Assembly: GCA_028534125.1 (NCBI GenBank)
Contig: CM052831.1
Span: 22,382,001 to 22,446,000 of the forward strand
Direction: 5' to 3'
Source: Lama glama
Lineage: Eukaryota
Length of the DNA: 64,000 nt
Part shown: positions 27,580-40,069 of the stretch, piece by piece
How positions within the stretch are numbered: the first letter of the stretch is position 1
Layout: the number at the start of each line of letters is the position of its first letter
Position numbers and translations under genes: made by a program
The notes under the pieces: model-generated
The model's input: only the letters and a program-made list of their open reading frames with translations
What the model was told of the DNA's origin: nothing
Databases searched by the model: none

Positions 27580-27598
27580 CATGTTTTTTGGTGCTATT

Positions 27599-28028
27599 CA
27601 AAAGATAATAGCCAAGAATTTTTGGAAAGTAATGAAAGGTATCCAACCATAGATCCAAGAAGCTCAGAGAAATGACAAGCTGGCTAAAGAAACAAGAAAA
27701 GCAAACCAAAAGCCCACACAAATTATATTCAAGCTTTTGAAAGCAAAGATTAAGAGAAATTCTTGAAGGTAGTCAGAGGAAGGAGATGCATTATATACAG
27801 AGGATCAAAGGTAAGAATTCTTTTCTTATTCTCATATGAAACTACACAAGCCCAAAGACATGGAAGTAACATGTTTAAAGTATTCAAAAAAAAAAAAACT
27901 GTCCACCCAGAATTCTATATGCAGAAAAAAAAAACTTTTAGAAATGGAGAAATAGAAACTTTTTTTCCCCAGACAAACCAAAGCTGAGAGAATTCATTAC
28001 CCGTAAACTCGTACTATAAGAAATGTCT
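27599..28028 (+). mobile_element. Decayed L1 ORF1 middle-to-C-terminal segment, opposite in orientation to the flanking L1 pieces
   Basis: cagatccaagaagctca, aagagaaattcttgaagg, cccagaattctatat and aagctgagagaattcatta are forward L1 ORF1 motifs. Confidence 0.75.
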
Positions 28029-28039
28029 TATATACATAA

Positions 28040-28124
28040 GGGGGAGGGTATAGCTCAGTGGCAGGGCACGTGCTTAGCATACTCCAAGTCCTGGGTTCAA
28101 TGCCCAGTACCTCCAAAAAATAAA
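28040..28124 (+). mobile_element. tRNA-derived SINE (camelid vic-1-like)
   Basis: GGGGAGGGTATAGCTCAGTGG (A box) ... GGTTCAATGCC (B box) ... AGTACCTCC, then an A-rich tail. Confidence 0.8.
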
Positions 28125-29545
28125 TGTCTCTCTTCTCTTTCTTCTCTCTGTGAGATTCCAGTCACACATTTAGACAATTTGATGTTATGGATGCTCTCTT
28201 CTGCTTTCCTCGCCCCTGTTATGTTTCAGTTTGAGGACTTGATCTGTCTTCAAGGTCATTGATTTATTTTCCTCAGCTGAATTGAGCCAACTACTAGCCC
28301 AAGAAAGCGATTCTTCTTATCTGTTACTGGGTTTCTTATTTCTAGCGTTTCCATCGACTCGTTCTTATAATTTTACCTCTCTGCTGAAATTCTACCTGTT
28401 CGTGCATGTTGTCCACAATTTTTCAATAAAACCCTTAACATACTACTCATAATTATTTTCAGTTCTCCATCTGATAGTGCCAGCATCTGTCATCTGAATC
28501 TGATTCTGCTGGTTACTTTGTCTCTTGACAATAAGATTTATTTTTCCTTGTCTTTTTGAGTGTCTTAGAATTTTTTTGGTTGAATTTTTGATTGAATGCC
28601 AGACATTGTGTTTAGGATAGCAGAAACTAAGATACATAGTTGGTCTGATCAGGAGGTGAGCTCAGTGTAGCATTACCTTGCACTTAGGGAGCGGACCCGG
28701 TGTTGGAGGATTTTCCTCAATGTCCTTGCTCCGTCCCCAGCTTTCAGCCCACCCTGAGGCCTGCTCCTCCGAGGGTGTCTGTTTCCGTGTTCTTGTGCCT
28801 CCCCCAGCAACAGGCTTCTGTTGCTTGTTCCTGTTGCTTGCTGGCTTTGTTGGAGGGATTCTCTGCTGTCCAGGCCCAGCTACAGTCTTAGTCAGGCCCT
28901 GTGTCCCTGGGTCTCAGAAGTAGGGCATTCTCAGTAGCCCTGCCCTTCCTCGGCCGTTGGAGCCCTCAGTCGTCTCCACTCAGGGTGGTTTCCTGCCTCT
29001 CCCCTAGGGAAGAGGGGTTTTTATCTTTTTTTGCTCTGTCCCCAGTAGCTTAAGGATTTTGTTCCGTAGGTAAGAAGGGTCCTGGCGGGACTTCATGCCT
29101 TTCCTATGTCTACTCCCCGCCTCCAGGCCTGCACCCTGGAGAATGAGTTTCTCCCACTCATGGCCCTGCCCCCTTCTTTCTCCTGAATGCCCAGTGGAGG
29201 TTTGTGGAGACCCTGCGAGGAGAGGCAAGCTTCCCGTGTCTTTGGCTCCCAGCGGTTCTTCACTCTCACCCTGTCCACACTGTGGCAATCTGTTAAAATG
29301 TGTAACTTAATTCTTCTCAGCCACTTGTGTGGCATTCGGTGTCTCTTCTTCCCATGCTTTGCCAGCAGTCAGCTGAAGCCCACTTCCTGTTTTCCTTGGA
29401 AGAGCCTGCCTTTCCCTTAGATTTCAGGCTAGTTGTTTGCTCTGTGACCTCAGCTCTCTGATTTAAGAGAACTTATGGTTCTTTTAGATTGTCGGCCTTT
29501 TTCTTGTTAGGCTGGGATAAATGCTTCCCCTAACTTTATATCTTA
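28125..29545 (-). mobile_element. Ancient L1 ORF1 N-terminal part and 5' region
   Basis: gagattccagtcacacat, atctgtcttcaaggtcattgat, ctctgctgaaattct and ctgtgacctcagctctctgat resemble reverse L1M 5'/ORF1 sequence. Confidence 0.6.
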
Positions 29546-29821
29546 TATAGCCAAAGCTCCTATCCATACCTGCATCTTGATGATGAAAAAGTGAGACCGT
29601 AGTCAATCCAGAGAGCAGTCAAGAATGGTCTCAACCTGATGGGTTGATTTCTTGTCCCAAGGAAGACCTGCAAGCTCTGCTCTTAGGTTTTGTTTTTTAA
29701 TGAAAATTTATGTTAGTCACCATGATATTTATGCAGTTCCTACTGTGTGCACAGTGCTAAGCTCCTGGTGGCACATGACAGGCTGGCAGCAGCAGAACTG
29801 AGGGAAGCAGAAGATTAATCT

Positions 29822-30080
29822 ACTGGGGGAAGGATAAATTAGGACTTTGGGATTAACAGATACACAGTACTATATATAAAGTAGATAAACAACAAAGACC
29901 CGTATAGCACAGAGAACTAGATTAATTTCTTGTAACAAGTTATGATGGAAAAGAATCTGATAATATATGTATCTATATGTGTATGTACATGTATAACTGA
30001 ATTGCTTTGCTCTAAACCTGAAACTAACATTGTAAATCAACTACACTTCAATAAAAGATAAAATTAAAAAAAAAAAAAAA
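29822..30080 (+). mobile_element. Cetartiodactyl-type L1 3' end with poly(A) tail
   Basis: ggataaattagga...tttgggattaacagatacaca...tatagcacagagaacta...ttgtaaatcaactacacttcaataaaa plus an A run. Possible degenerate target-site duplication aagattaa/aaggttaa. Confidence 0.85.
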
Positions 30081-30837
30081 GGTTAACACATGAGAGCCCG
30101 AGCTCCCACACCAGGTGAGTGAGAGGGGACACCTCCCCAGACCCCAAAAGAGATTTCCACAAACTTAAGTAGATTCATCTATTCTGAGTTTCACCTTTTT
30201 GTTCTTGTGATGTTAAGATGTTTCTATTTGATAAAAGTGAAAGTTGTTGACTTGGTGCAGCTCTCTGCGTATGTAGGTATGTAAGCATGAGTTAAGTTGT
30301 GATTTTAGGGGTGATATACCTAAGGGAGGACAACCAGGCAAGGCCCCAAGTGGCCCTTGATGTTGAACAGACAAAGCCCTGATAGGACGTTTCCCCCTAA
30401 ACACTGCCTTTGTTATTCCTCACAGCCCTTCCTCTTCTTGCCTTCTTATCTCTGCTTTATCGCATATTTATTTGCCAAGCTCTGGGGGAAACTGGCCTGG
30501 CTGTCTCCAGAGTGCCGGAGTACAGGTGAGTGGCTGAAATGCTGTGCGGGGCAGGGCTGCTGGCCCTTGGCCTGGGGAAGGTTTCATTCCACAGGAATGT
30601 CACCTTGGTGGGCTTGGCTCTGGCAGGCATGGAGTGTGTGTGGAGGGCCCACTCTGTGTTCAGCTCTGTTCCCAGCAGGCATTCCAGGTCAGGCAAGGTG
30701 GGGGAGTGACACAAAAAGTGTTAGAGCCAGAGCCAGGAGCCTCCACCCGGAGGTAAGAGAGGAGCTGGGCACGGGAAGCAGGTCTGCAGGCGACAACTCC
30801 TGTCAGAGGCTGCTTCCTGTCAGGGAACTGCCTGTAC

Positions 30838-31010
30838 TTTGGGTTCAGATCCCATCTCTGTCATTTCCTGTGTTAGAGCAGGTTATTTAACCTCTCTGAG
30901 CTTGCTTCCTCATCTGAAAAGTGAGGTTAGTAATGCCTGCTGTGGAGGGTCATTGTTAGGACTAAATGAAGTGCCATAAAAGATGCTGGCACATAGAAGG
31001 TGGCAAGTGA
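30838..31010 (+). mobile_element. MIR SINE
   Basis: gggttcagatccca...gcaggttatttaacctctctgagc...cctcatctgaaaa...ctggcacatag. Confidence 0.8.
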
Positions 31011-32659
31011 ACCACAGCTATTGCCATCCTGATGGCGCTAGACTGGCCGTGTGTTAAATGCTGTGATGTCTGCGGATGAGCGTGGACGGGCAGTAGAGAG
31101 GGCTGTTTCCTGGTGAAGGTGAGACCAGGACCAAAGAGTGTGGCCAGAACCCTGGACTCGTGAGTGAGGCTGGAGACTGGGCGCCTTCCGATGGTCACTT
31201 CCTGTCTGAGCCTCAGGTTCCTGCTGCTCTGTCTGCCAGAGGCCACCTCCCTGGCTCGGGCCCGTGGCTGCTGTCCTCAGGACTCCTTTGGAGCTGGCTG
31301 GTTTTGGGCTTAGGAGGTTTTCTGCCGCTGAAGTCAGTGGTGCTCACCCCGCCCCGCTTCCCACTGTCAGTGAGCCTCCAGAGGCTCGGCGCTGTCCATT
31401 TCTGGGCTGCTCAGTAAAAGCACTCAGAATTTCCATCCCCTCCTTCCCAGGCCGCAGGCGGTGCTGGCCGCTCCTTGAGGATGCTGGCTGTCAGGACAGA
31501 GCGGCCTTTCCTGAGGGACCCGGGGAGACTCTGTCTAGAGGAAGAGCATGCCTGTCTGAAAGCGGGTCCTTTGGAGGTAGTGGGCACAGGCTTCTCAAGA
31601 AAGGCGCTGGTGATTTTTAGAGAAGCGCCTCTCGCAGCTCAGTCATCACCCCCATTTATTTTGAGGAAGGGGAGGGATTCCCAAGATAGATTAAACCTCT
31701 TGCCCAGGGCCCCCCAGCCCTGGTCAGTGGTGGAGCTCAGATATCAGTCAAGGCCCTCTCTTCCCTACTGTCCGCTACTGTGTCTCCTGACAGCTGCCTG
31801 GGTCTGGAGGCCGCTGCGGTGAGGTGGAGGCCAGTCAAGGCTTCTGAAACATTTCCTTTTGGGGTGGACTTCTGGGTGGGCTTTGAGACTGAAGTGTATC
31901 GCTTCCTGGAGGACTGGAAGGGCCCCAGTCCCGTGGGCACCACAGCAGACGTGTGGACAGTGGGCATGTGGATGTGGCGCTGTTCCTGTTTTCAAGCACA
32001 CTCCTTTGGCTTGTGTCTCACATTCAAGTTCTCTTTAACCGCCAGGGCCTGCATTTTTCCAAGTTCAAGTTGACATGCATTTGAGAGTTTGTTATCTATG
32101 AAATTAGAACACTTGCCGAATAAAGGAAAATATGCAGGTAGGGCCTGTGTGCTGAACTGCCCTCCTCTGCTGGTTGGGAATCCTCTCCTGGGCTGAGTCT
32201 TTCAGGAACTCTGAGGCCTGCCCAAAGTGAGCATGTCCAGGGCTGGGCACCTTCCTGGGGCCGGGCCACTGGATTCGTCCAAGAGATGGGTCGACTCAGA
32301 GGAGATGTAAGCCGGCTGCTGATGGTGGGCATGCAGGCCAGCCTAGTGTCAGAGCTAGGAGGTGGGCTAGTGTGCAGGTATCCTTGGTGAGCCCCAGTCA
32401 TAGCCAGTATACTCCAGTGGCCGTGGCAGGGAGGGGTGCTGGGTGGAGTACCCTGGCTCTGTGATATAGGGGTAGTTGACAAGCTTTGAGCCCAGTGATT
32501 TGCTGGATTTGGAGGGGAGAGGAGTGATGAGTGTAGATGGGAGACAAGGAGAGGGACAGAGATACATGGGCAGGTGGTGGGCCTTGTGGGTGGTCTGGCA
32601 TTGATTCATCCCACTCATGTGTTCTGGCCCTGGAGATGCAGTGGCTGGAGGAACAGGAT

Positions 32660-32990
32660 AGGGATGGGGCAGGTCCAGGTGTTCAGGAGCACAGAGGAGC
32701 TTCTGATTGGGAGTGCAAGGTTGTGGGTGAGTTGAGGATGGGATGCTCAGAGCAGGGGAAAGGAAGGGTGGAGGAGGGCCTGCCCAGCAGTGGGGACCAT
32801 GGAAGCTGGGCCTGGGGATGCAGAGGCGTGGGGGAGCTGTGGAAGGAGGCAGGCCAGAGCAGGGTGCCCGTGAAGGGGCTTGAATTTTCTCCTGAAGGTG
32901 GTAGAGATCCCTGGAGGACTGGCAGAACTGAGGACTGGTGTGGTAACACTTGGAAGGTCTGTCAGTGAAGTCATGGTTTAAAACACTGAG
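32660..32990 (-). mobile_element. L2 LINE fragment
   Basis: Purine-rich degenerate L2-like text (ggagcacagaggag...ggtggaggagggc...gaggcaggccagagcag...ttgaattttctcctgaagg). Confidence 0.45.
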
Positions 32991-33954
32991 TCCCCAGTGT
33001 GGCTGCATTTCTGGGTGACTGGGTCTTTGGGGCTTGTCATGCCCACAGGGAACAAGTCCACAGAGGAATTGTGGGTTCCAGGACCAAAACTGGGACATCT
33101 GCCCACTGTGTCCTTGAGAACCGAGTGGCTCCCAGAATCCCGCCCACTGAACACATGCATGATGCTTCTGAGGTCCCTAGAAGCCTTTGTGTGCAGAGCC
33201 GTGCCTGACTTTGGGGGACACATGCTGGACTGGAATGAGCCCCCTTTGGAAATCATGGATCCTCAGTGGTGGTGGGCGGCGGGGAGGGGATGGCTTCTGC
33301 AGCTGGGGACTGAAGGATCTTAGGCAGAGATGCCAAGCCCCTCAGTGGGTTCCTGGAGTCTTGTCTGAAGCAAGCCGCCTGTCCTCTGGATTCTGACTCC
33401 TGCCAGCCACCAGGCCAGGACGTTCACATAGAATCCCTGTTTACCCAGGGTGTCTGCACCAGGGCAGGGTTGTTCTGGGCCATCCCCATCCCTTGAGTGA
33501 GGAAGTTGGCATTGAGTTGACCAGGAGGAGGGCTGACTTCAGAGCCAGGCCGGCCTTCAGGGTCTTGACTCTTGAGAGGCCTACAGGGAGGTTCAGGCGA
33601 TGTGAAGAGTCGGCAGCCCCCAGCCTCTCTGAGGGCCTCCAAGAGCTGGCGGAGGGCACTCGTCAGCCCACCTCACAGCCCTCCCAGGCCCCTCCAGGCC
33701 AGACTGCCAGGCGCTCTGATTCTGCTCCTCACTCATGGCCTCTGGTCGGAAAGGAGGCCCCAGAAGGGAGCGTGCAGGCCCGGACATGGGAGTCCTGCCA
33801 CACTGCCGTTACTCACCAACATTTGGAACTCGTTTTCTCAAGTTTGCTGGTGGTTTTCCGCTTAATCCATCAGAGGGGCTATTCCTCATTGTGTTTCCTC
33901 AGCACTAAATCAAGACTAAGGGGCTCGGCTCTCTTTCCTTTTCGTTGTCTTTAG

Positions 33955-34155
<201 letters not shown>

Positions 34156-34484
34156 TGAAATTGGGTTTTTAAAAAACATTATAGCATACCTATTTGCCAA
34201 CCCACATGAATGAAACAGCTGTGCCTGCCCTGGGATCCTGGTTCTCAGAGCCATCCAATCCCTGGCCAGACAACTGGACCCCAAAATCACCAACCCTGGA
34301 TCCTGCTAAGGAGCGCCCACCCAATGCTGGCTTGGGCCGCAGCAGCTTAGAAAGAAACACTGTCTATCCCTTCCTCTGACTCTTCACTGGGTGGGCACTC
34401 CAGGGACGTGCCAGGGAACCACATGCAGTGAGAATCAGGGCATCTGAGAGCCCAGGCTGTGGGATCGAGCGGGCACTGCTCCTT

Positions 34485-34660
34485 ACCCTCTGAGCAACCT
34501 TGGAGAAACATTTTCAGCTCTCCAAGCCCTGGTGTGTTTATCTGTGATGTGCAGTGAGGTGGGCTCCACCAGCCACGTTTGTGATCAGGATTAAAGGAGA
34601 TGAGTCTGCAGGAAGTGTTTGGCCTGTGCCTGACCCTAGGGAGCTGCTCAGTGCTTGTTA
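34485..34660 (+). mobile_element. MIR SINE (degenerate)
   Basis: ctgagcaaccttggag...ctctccaagcc...tttatctgtga...tgtgatcaggattaaaggagatga...gctcagtgcttgttagctg. Confidence 0.5.
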
Positions 34661-36804
34661 GCTGTCTACCCTCATCAGTGAGGTCAACATGCCCCCAACC
34701 TCCCAGAGTGTCAGTGCATCTGGCAACCCATAACACAGATTTGCAATACAGTGGTTCCAGTGAGAGCAGTATGCCCTGGTAGAGGGGGCGGCCAGCATTG
34801 CAGGCCTGCCCAGAGGGGTGTCTCATCCTCGAGTGGGAGAGCACTCCTGGCAGAGGGATCGGCCTGCCTGCAGGTCTGGAGGAGGCCATGGGTACATCCA
34901 GGCAGTGAGCTAAGCCCAACGCGGCTGGCATGGGGCATGTAGGTGGTGGCGGCAACTGGGCCAATGTGGGATTTAAAGATCCTTGGGGTTCCTCCCCTCC
35001 TTGGATCTGGGTGCAGGCCCCCATTTCCTGTGCCAGCTCAGGGGTAGAGCAAGGATGCAGGAGGGAGGCAGAGGACCCTGGAGTCTCTGACAGAAATTGA
35101 GCTGAAGTGACATGGTGTCCCTTCCCTAGCTCTGGATTTGGGACCAAGTGCACCAAGTTCCTCCACATTGTGTCGCCTGGTCCTTAGTGTGTCACAGCAC
35201 CCCAGCTGCTACTGCACACCGTGGACCCACTGAAGGAAGGACGTTTGAAGGGAGAGGTCAGACCTTGGTGACTAGGGACTGGTGGGACTATGTGCACATC
35301 ATCCAGATGGTTCTGAGTCTCTTTACCCTTGAGAAGAAGGCATGAGTTAAGACAGATGAGCAATGGGCAAAGACTAAAAAAATTATCCCCCTCAGACCTG
35401 TCAGAAACTGCCGCGCCCGCCTCCAGTTCTTCGCGGCATCATCAAGTGAGAGATCAGGGGAGGTGGAATGAATTAGAACTTCATAGAATAAAATTGGAAA
35501 TTAAGTCTGAGAGGATGGTTAAAAATAGCTTCATTGGATCCAGAGGAGTATAACACTGAAAACATTTCCTGTCACTGTGTTTGAAGGGTGTACATGGAAG
35601 GTTTCATTATGTGTTAGCCGTCAAGAGTATGATAGTAACTTTGGAAGAAACTGGCATCGCAGGAAACCAGCGAAGGCTCTCTGGTGGCCTTGGCGTGTGG
35701 CTGGGGTCTGGATGTCTCAGACACCCTCGTCCTGCTTCACACCATTCAGCCTGTTTGCAAATCCAAACAGCACTCCACCCTGACCCAGTGCCAAGCCCCT
35801 GAGCCAGTCGCCTGCTCTGCTGGCCAGCGTGCGTTCCTAAATGCCACGCAGGGAGTCGCGTTCCTGATGGACTCTGTGTCCTGAGGAAACGTGGGTTCCA
35901 CAGATGAAGCCCTAGTTCAGGCCTTGGAGCGCAGCCCATTTTCAGAATGCGGAGTGGTGTTTGCACGTGCTCCCTTCGAGCTTGGTTGCCGGTTGTCTTC
36001 CAGGCCCACCTCCTGTCCTGGAGTCAGGGCTCTAGCTGAGGTGTTCCAACTACAATCAGGGCTTCCCCCACTGGGGTTGGAGGTTCCCTGCCCCCTCCTC
36101 TTGGGACCAGCCTTGCTGGGGTAGCCCCCTCCCTGGAGGATCTCCTGGGGCACAGAGCTGGGCGACCAGCGGCATCCTCCCCCTGCCGATACCTCAGCGG
36201 GGCTCTGAGCCTCCTTGTTATGTGAGTATCGCCCTCGGATGCTGCTGCCACAGCGGGCGCCCCTCACCAGCCTGACACACCTCTGCTCTGGAGGGCGGGG
36301 ATGCCTCAGCCACCCCAGCACTGACTCCTACTTCAGAATCTTCCGTCTGAATCGTGCTTGTTCTCCTCTGTCCCGCCCCATCACTGCCCCTTCCCTCCCC
36401 CACAAGGAAGTCTTCTAAGCAGCCTGTGAGAGAGACAGTGCCTTCTGGGTCCTTCGGGCCTCCGTCCTGCAGAACATCCTTCTGGGAAGAAGCATGGGGC
36501 CGCAGTGGGCAGTGACCAGGATGGGATGTTTACTGAGTGAGTCACGAGCCTATAGCCCCTGGGTGACAGAGCAGGCGCCCCACCATGGAGGCTCACTGTC
36601 TTCAGAGCCTGCCTTCCCTCCCGCTTGTCAAACTGGGTGCAGCCCAGTGATTGGGTTCTTCTCGAGGTTTGTGGCCCATTTGGCACTGGTCCGAAGGCCA
36701 AGGACCCCGCCTCAGTCCTCGTCAGCGCAGCTCTGTGCGAAGCAGAGGCCCAGAAGTCATGTGGCTGAGCAAGCCTAGGGAGAGATGTGGCTCAGAGCTC
36801 ATTT

Positions 36805-36950
36805 AGGTGCAAGTCCTGGCTTTCCCACCTCTAGCTCAGTGACCTTGGGCAAGTCACTTAACCTCTGTGCCTCAGTTTCCAAATCTGGAACACAGAACAC
36901 TTCACGGGCCTCCTGTGTGGATTAGATGTGTCAGCTTGTGTGAAGCTCTT
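36805..36950 (+). mobile_element. MIR SINE
   Basis: gtgaccttgggcaagtcacttaacctctgtgcctcagtttcc core. Confidence 0.85.
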
Positions 36951-39900
36951 TGAATGGTCCCAGCAGTGCCCTGTGCTGCTGTTGTGGTCAGTGCTGCTCC
37001 TGCTCTGCCTCGGTCATTATTCAGAGCCTGGCTGGTGTGGGTATGGGGAATCCTCACGACAGCACCAGAAATAGCTCCCTAGTTCCCCACCACCTCAGGA
37101 GAGCCGTTCCTCAGCCCTCACAGTGGAGGTGGTGGGTTCCCTCCATTCACATACATTCACTGAGCCTCTTCTGTGTAGGGGGCCCTGGATGAGACCCAGT
37201 CCCACTCTTGGGAGGGCCCCACAACTGAATCTGCTGATGTAGGAGCCAAGTCTCCAAGGAGGAGCAGGCCACTAGGGCCGCTGGAGACAGCTGGGCAGAG
37301 CACGCCAGGTGGGAGTCCAGCAGGCCAGATCGAGAAGGCCATGGGTCCCTTGACGTGGGCTAATGAAAGAGGCAGCACGGGAGTTCGGGCTTCTAGTGGG
37401 CAGAAGTCAGGGCCAGACTCATGCTGAGGATCTAGGGTGGAGTGGAGATAGGGACTCAGAGAGGCTGGGACCCAGGTCGGGGTGGAGCTGTCTCAGTCCT
37501 ACCCTCAGGAGGTGACTTCTGCAGCTGCCCCGGCTTAGGTTTCCCTGGAGCCAGGTTTCCCTGCAGGGGAGGAAAGGTGAGGAGAGGAGCAGACGGCAGT
37601 CGGCCCTTGGGCTCCTGAGGAGTGAGGGCTTCCTCTGGCCCTCCTAGGCCCTAGGGGTGTGTGCAGCATCTGAATCCAGCCCTTCTTTTAACTTCTGCAT
37701 TGAAGTTGTGCTGTTTTATTTTTTAGGAATATCTTTTTCATAAAATGCACACATTGTTTTTCGTAAATGTATTTATTCGGGGAAATAGATGCCAGGATGG
37801 CCTTCAAGGTGCTTCAAAGTACCTTCTCCCAAGCAGGTTCACTCTTCGGCTGTCCCGGGCTGTTGGGTCTCCCCACAGCGTTGTTTTAGATGGAAGGTCC
37901 TCAGAGTGAAGGGATCATATCTTCATCATAATTTGCCTCCTGATGTTTGTCTGAGGCCTACAACTTGCCAAGGACTTTCCTCCACAACCCTCGTGTTACC
38001 TTCCTGCATGGTGCCCACTGCTGCCATCATGCCCAGTGCAGATAGGGTATTCATAATGGCTTGTTGTGCCTGGACCAGCTCCAGGGTCTGTTCAGCCTGG
38101 GGCTTCTCCAGGATGCCATATGATCCTGAGCTCACCCCATGTAGATCAGAACTTCCCCAGCTTTCTTTGCTAACCGGTTTTGGTGTAGTTAGGGATGGCT
38201 TCATCAGGAAGTTCATCTGCAAACCAAACTTGAGCTTCCTGAAAGTTAAGGGCAAAATCTCTTGCTCAGTGCTCTGTGATCACAGAGCCCAGCAGGCATG
38301 GCCCCTGAGTTCGCTGACCAGAGAGCACAGCCCCTTGCCCTGACCCTTCTATGTTTGGGAGAGACATCCCCCGGCCTTACCCCTGTGAGGTTGCTATTTG
38401 GGGCTTCACTGGTTCCTCCACTGAGCTCCTCAGGACTCTGACCCCAGCTGGACGCCATGTCCTAGGCAGCCAGGGTTTATTTGGCCTCATACATCCTTAC
38501 CAGCTGTTGGGAGCAGAGGTCCCTCCTTGGGTTTCAGAGCTGCTCTGCTCAGCCCAGTGAGCCCTGCCTGTTAGCTTGCCCTCCTGGACTTGAGGGCCAA
38601 CTCTACCGTTCACCACGTAGGTGACCTTGGGCAGGTGATGTTGCTTCCCAGAGCCTCAGCTTCCTCGCTTGGAAAGTGGGGACAGTCAAGCCTGCTTGTG
38701 TCCCCTGAGCACTGTTGTGAAGCTCTTGATTCCCTGGATGGGCTTGACTGGCGCCAGCTGTTTTGTGAAGCACAACATTAAGTATTAAGTTGATGTTCTC
38801 CGAGGGGCAGCGTAGGAAAGCACCCAGGCGGCCAAGTGACACAGGAGTGGACATTCCACAGGCTGTGACTGCTGGAGTCCCAGGAGTGCTTTTGGGCTGC
38901 TGGTAAGACTCTAGTGGTCTGGCTGGACAGTAGGATGTGAGGGAGAGAAAGAGGAGGTCTTTCTCCAGTTCCAGGAAGGAGGACAGTCCAGGAGGTGACA
39001 AGAGGGACTAGGGTGCCTGGGGGCTTTTGAGAATCAGATGGGTCATGGGGCCCATTAGATGGGAGCCCTGAATCCAGAGCCAGGCATCAGAGGCAGAGAC
39101 TGAAGCTCTTCAAAGATTTACGTACATCTTGTTATAGCCATTCTTTGAATCCAGTTACCGAAATGGTTGTTGGGGATTTAGGTTTTTCTTTGGGAGACTT
39201 TTTGTTTTTCAAAACCCCTCGTGGGAATTCTCAAGAGCAGCTAGGGCTGAGGTCACAAGTGTGGGTGCTGGGTACTGTATGTGCCCCTCTCTTCCTCTCG
39301 TGAGCTGGCCCTGGGCCCCACCCTCTCCTACCCCCTCTGGGGAGAACACACGCCTGTCCCGCTGCTGCCCTGGTCACTGACCTGCCAGGCCTGCCCCAGT
39401 CTTCTCTTCTTGAGATGATTGGCTTAACCTCAAAGGTCCACAGGGTCCAGAGAAAAGTTCAGCCCAGCTGCTCTGGCCTAGCCTTGCCTCTTTCCATCTG
39501 TGTGGTCCTGGGAAAGCCATGGTTTCCTCTTCCATAGAGGAGAGACTTGAGGCACAGCCCGTCTGTCTGTCCCATGGGGTGCGCAGCAGCGGTCAGTGTC
39601 TCAGGTGGGGCTGGGACTTCCCTTAGGGCCTTCTTTCCATGTGTCACCCCTCCCATCTGCCCATAGCCACGCCCCTCCCCTCATGGCCACGCCTAGAGGA
39701 AGGACTCTAGGGTGCACCCCTGCCAGGCCTGCCTGCTTGGTGATGGGCATTCAGTGGTTGTCCAGACAGAAGCCCTGACCTTTCTCCTTGTGCTCTTGTT
39801 GGGGTGCCACAAGTGATTTAGGGGTCTGTTTCCCTCTGCTGGCATTCCACGTGAGCTCACCTCCTGCTTTGGCTTCCTTCGCTTCCTTCACGGGCTCCTG

Positions 39901-40069
39901 AGTGACAGAAGTTGGGTGGGGTCTGGAAGTTGCAGGGGCCCCAGGTCTTCCTCAAGGACCAGGGTGTGGGTGTAGAGATGTAGACAGTACCCAGGAGCTG
40001 GGGAGGCTGCAGTGAGGGGCCTGGGTCTGGGCCTGGCAGGCGGCTGGTGGTTTCGCCCCAGAAGCCCAT

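Larger units (their letters stand above)
25017..27598 (-). mobile_element. Ancient L1 (L1M-type) 3' UTR and ORF2 C-terminal region, interrupted by a younger L1 and an MLT1 LTR
   Basis: AT-rich decayed reverse ORF2 motifs (ggataaatacctaggagtggaatggctg, gagcatctttt, tggatatccagttgttccagca, cagtaccacactgtcttgatt). The sequence resumes after each insertion. Confidence 0.85.

Noticed and set aside
25156-27987. Short ORFs resembling L1 ORF2/ORF1 peptides
   Set aside because: Fragments of decayed L1 with many stops and frameshifts; not functional genes.
28040-28114. Possible tRNA gene
   Set aside because: It has A and B boxes but mismatched stems, an A-rich tail and no oligo-T terminator, so it fits a SINE copy.
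32367-33098. 243-aa minus-strand Pro/His-rich ORF
   Set aside because: Reverse translation of a purine-rich, L2-like stretch; compositional bias explains the lack of stops.
34347-35168. 273-aa minus-strand ORF
   Set aside because: Runs through a degenerate MIR, has no domain signature and no splice or promoter support.
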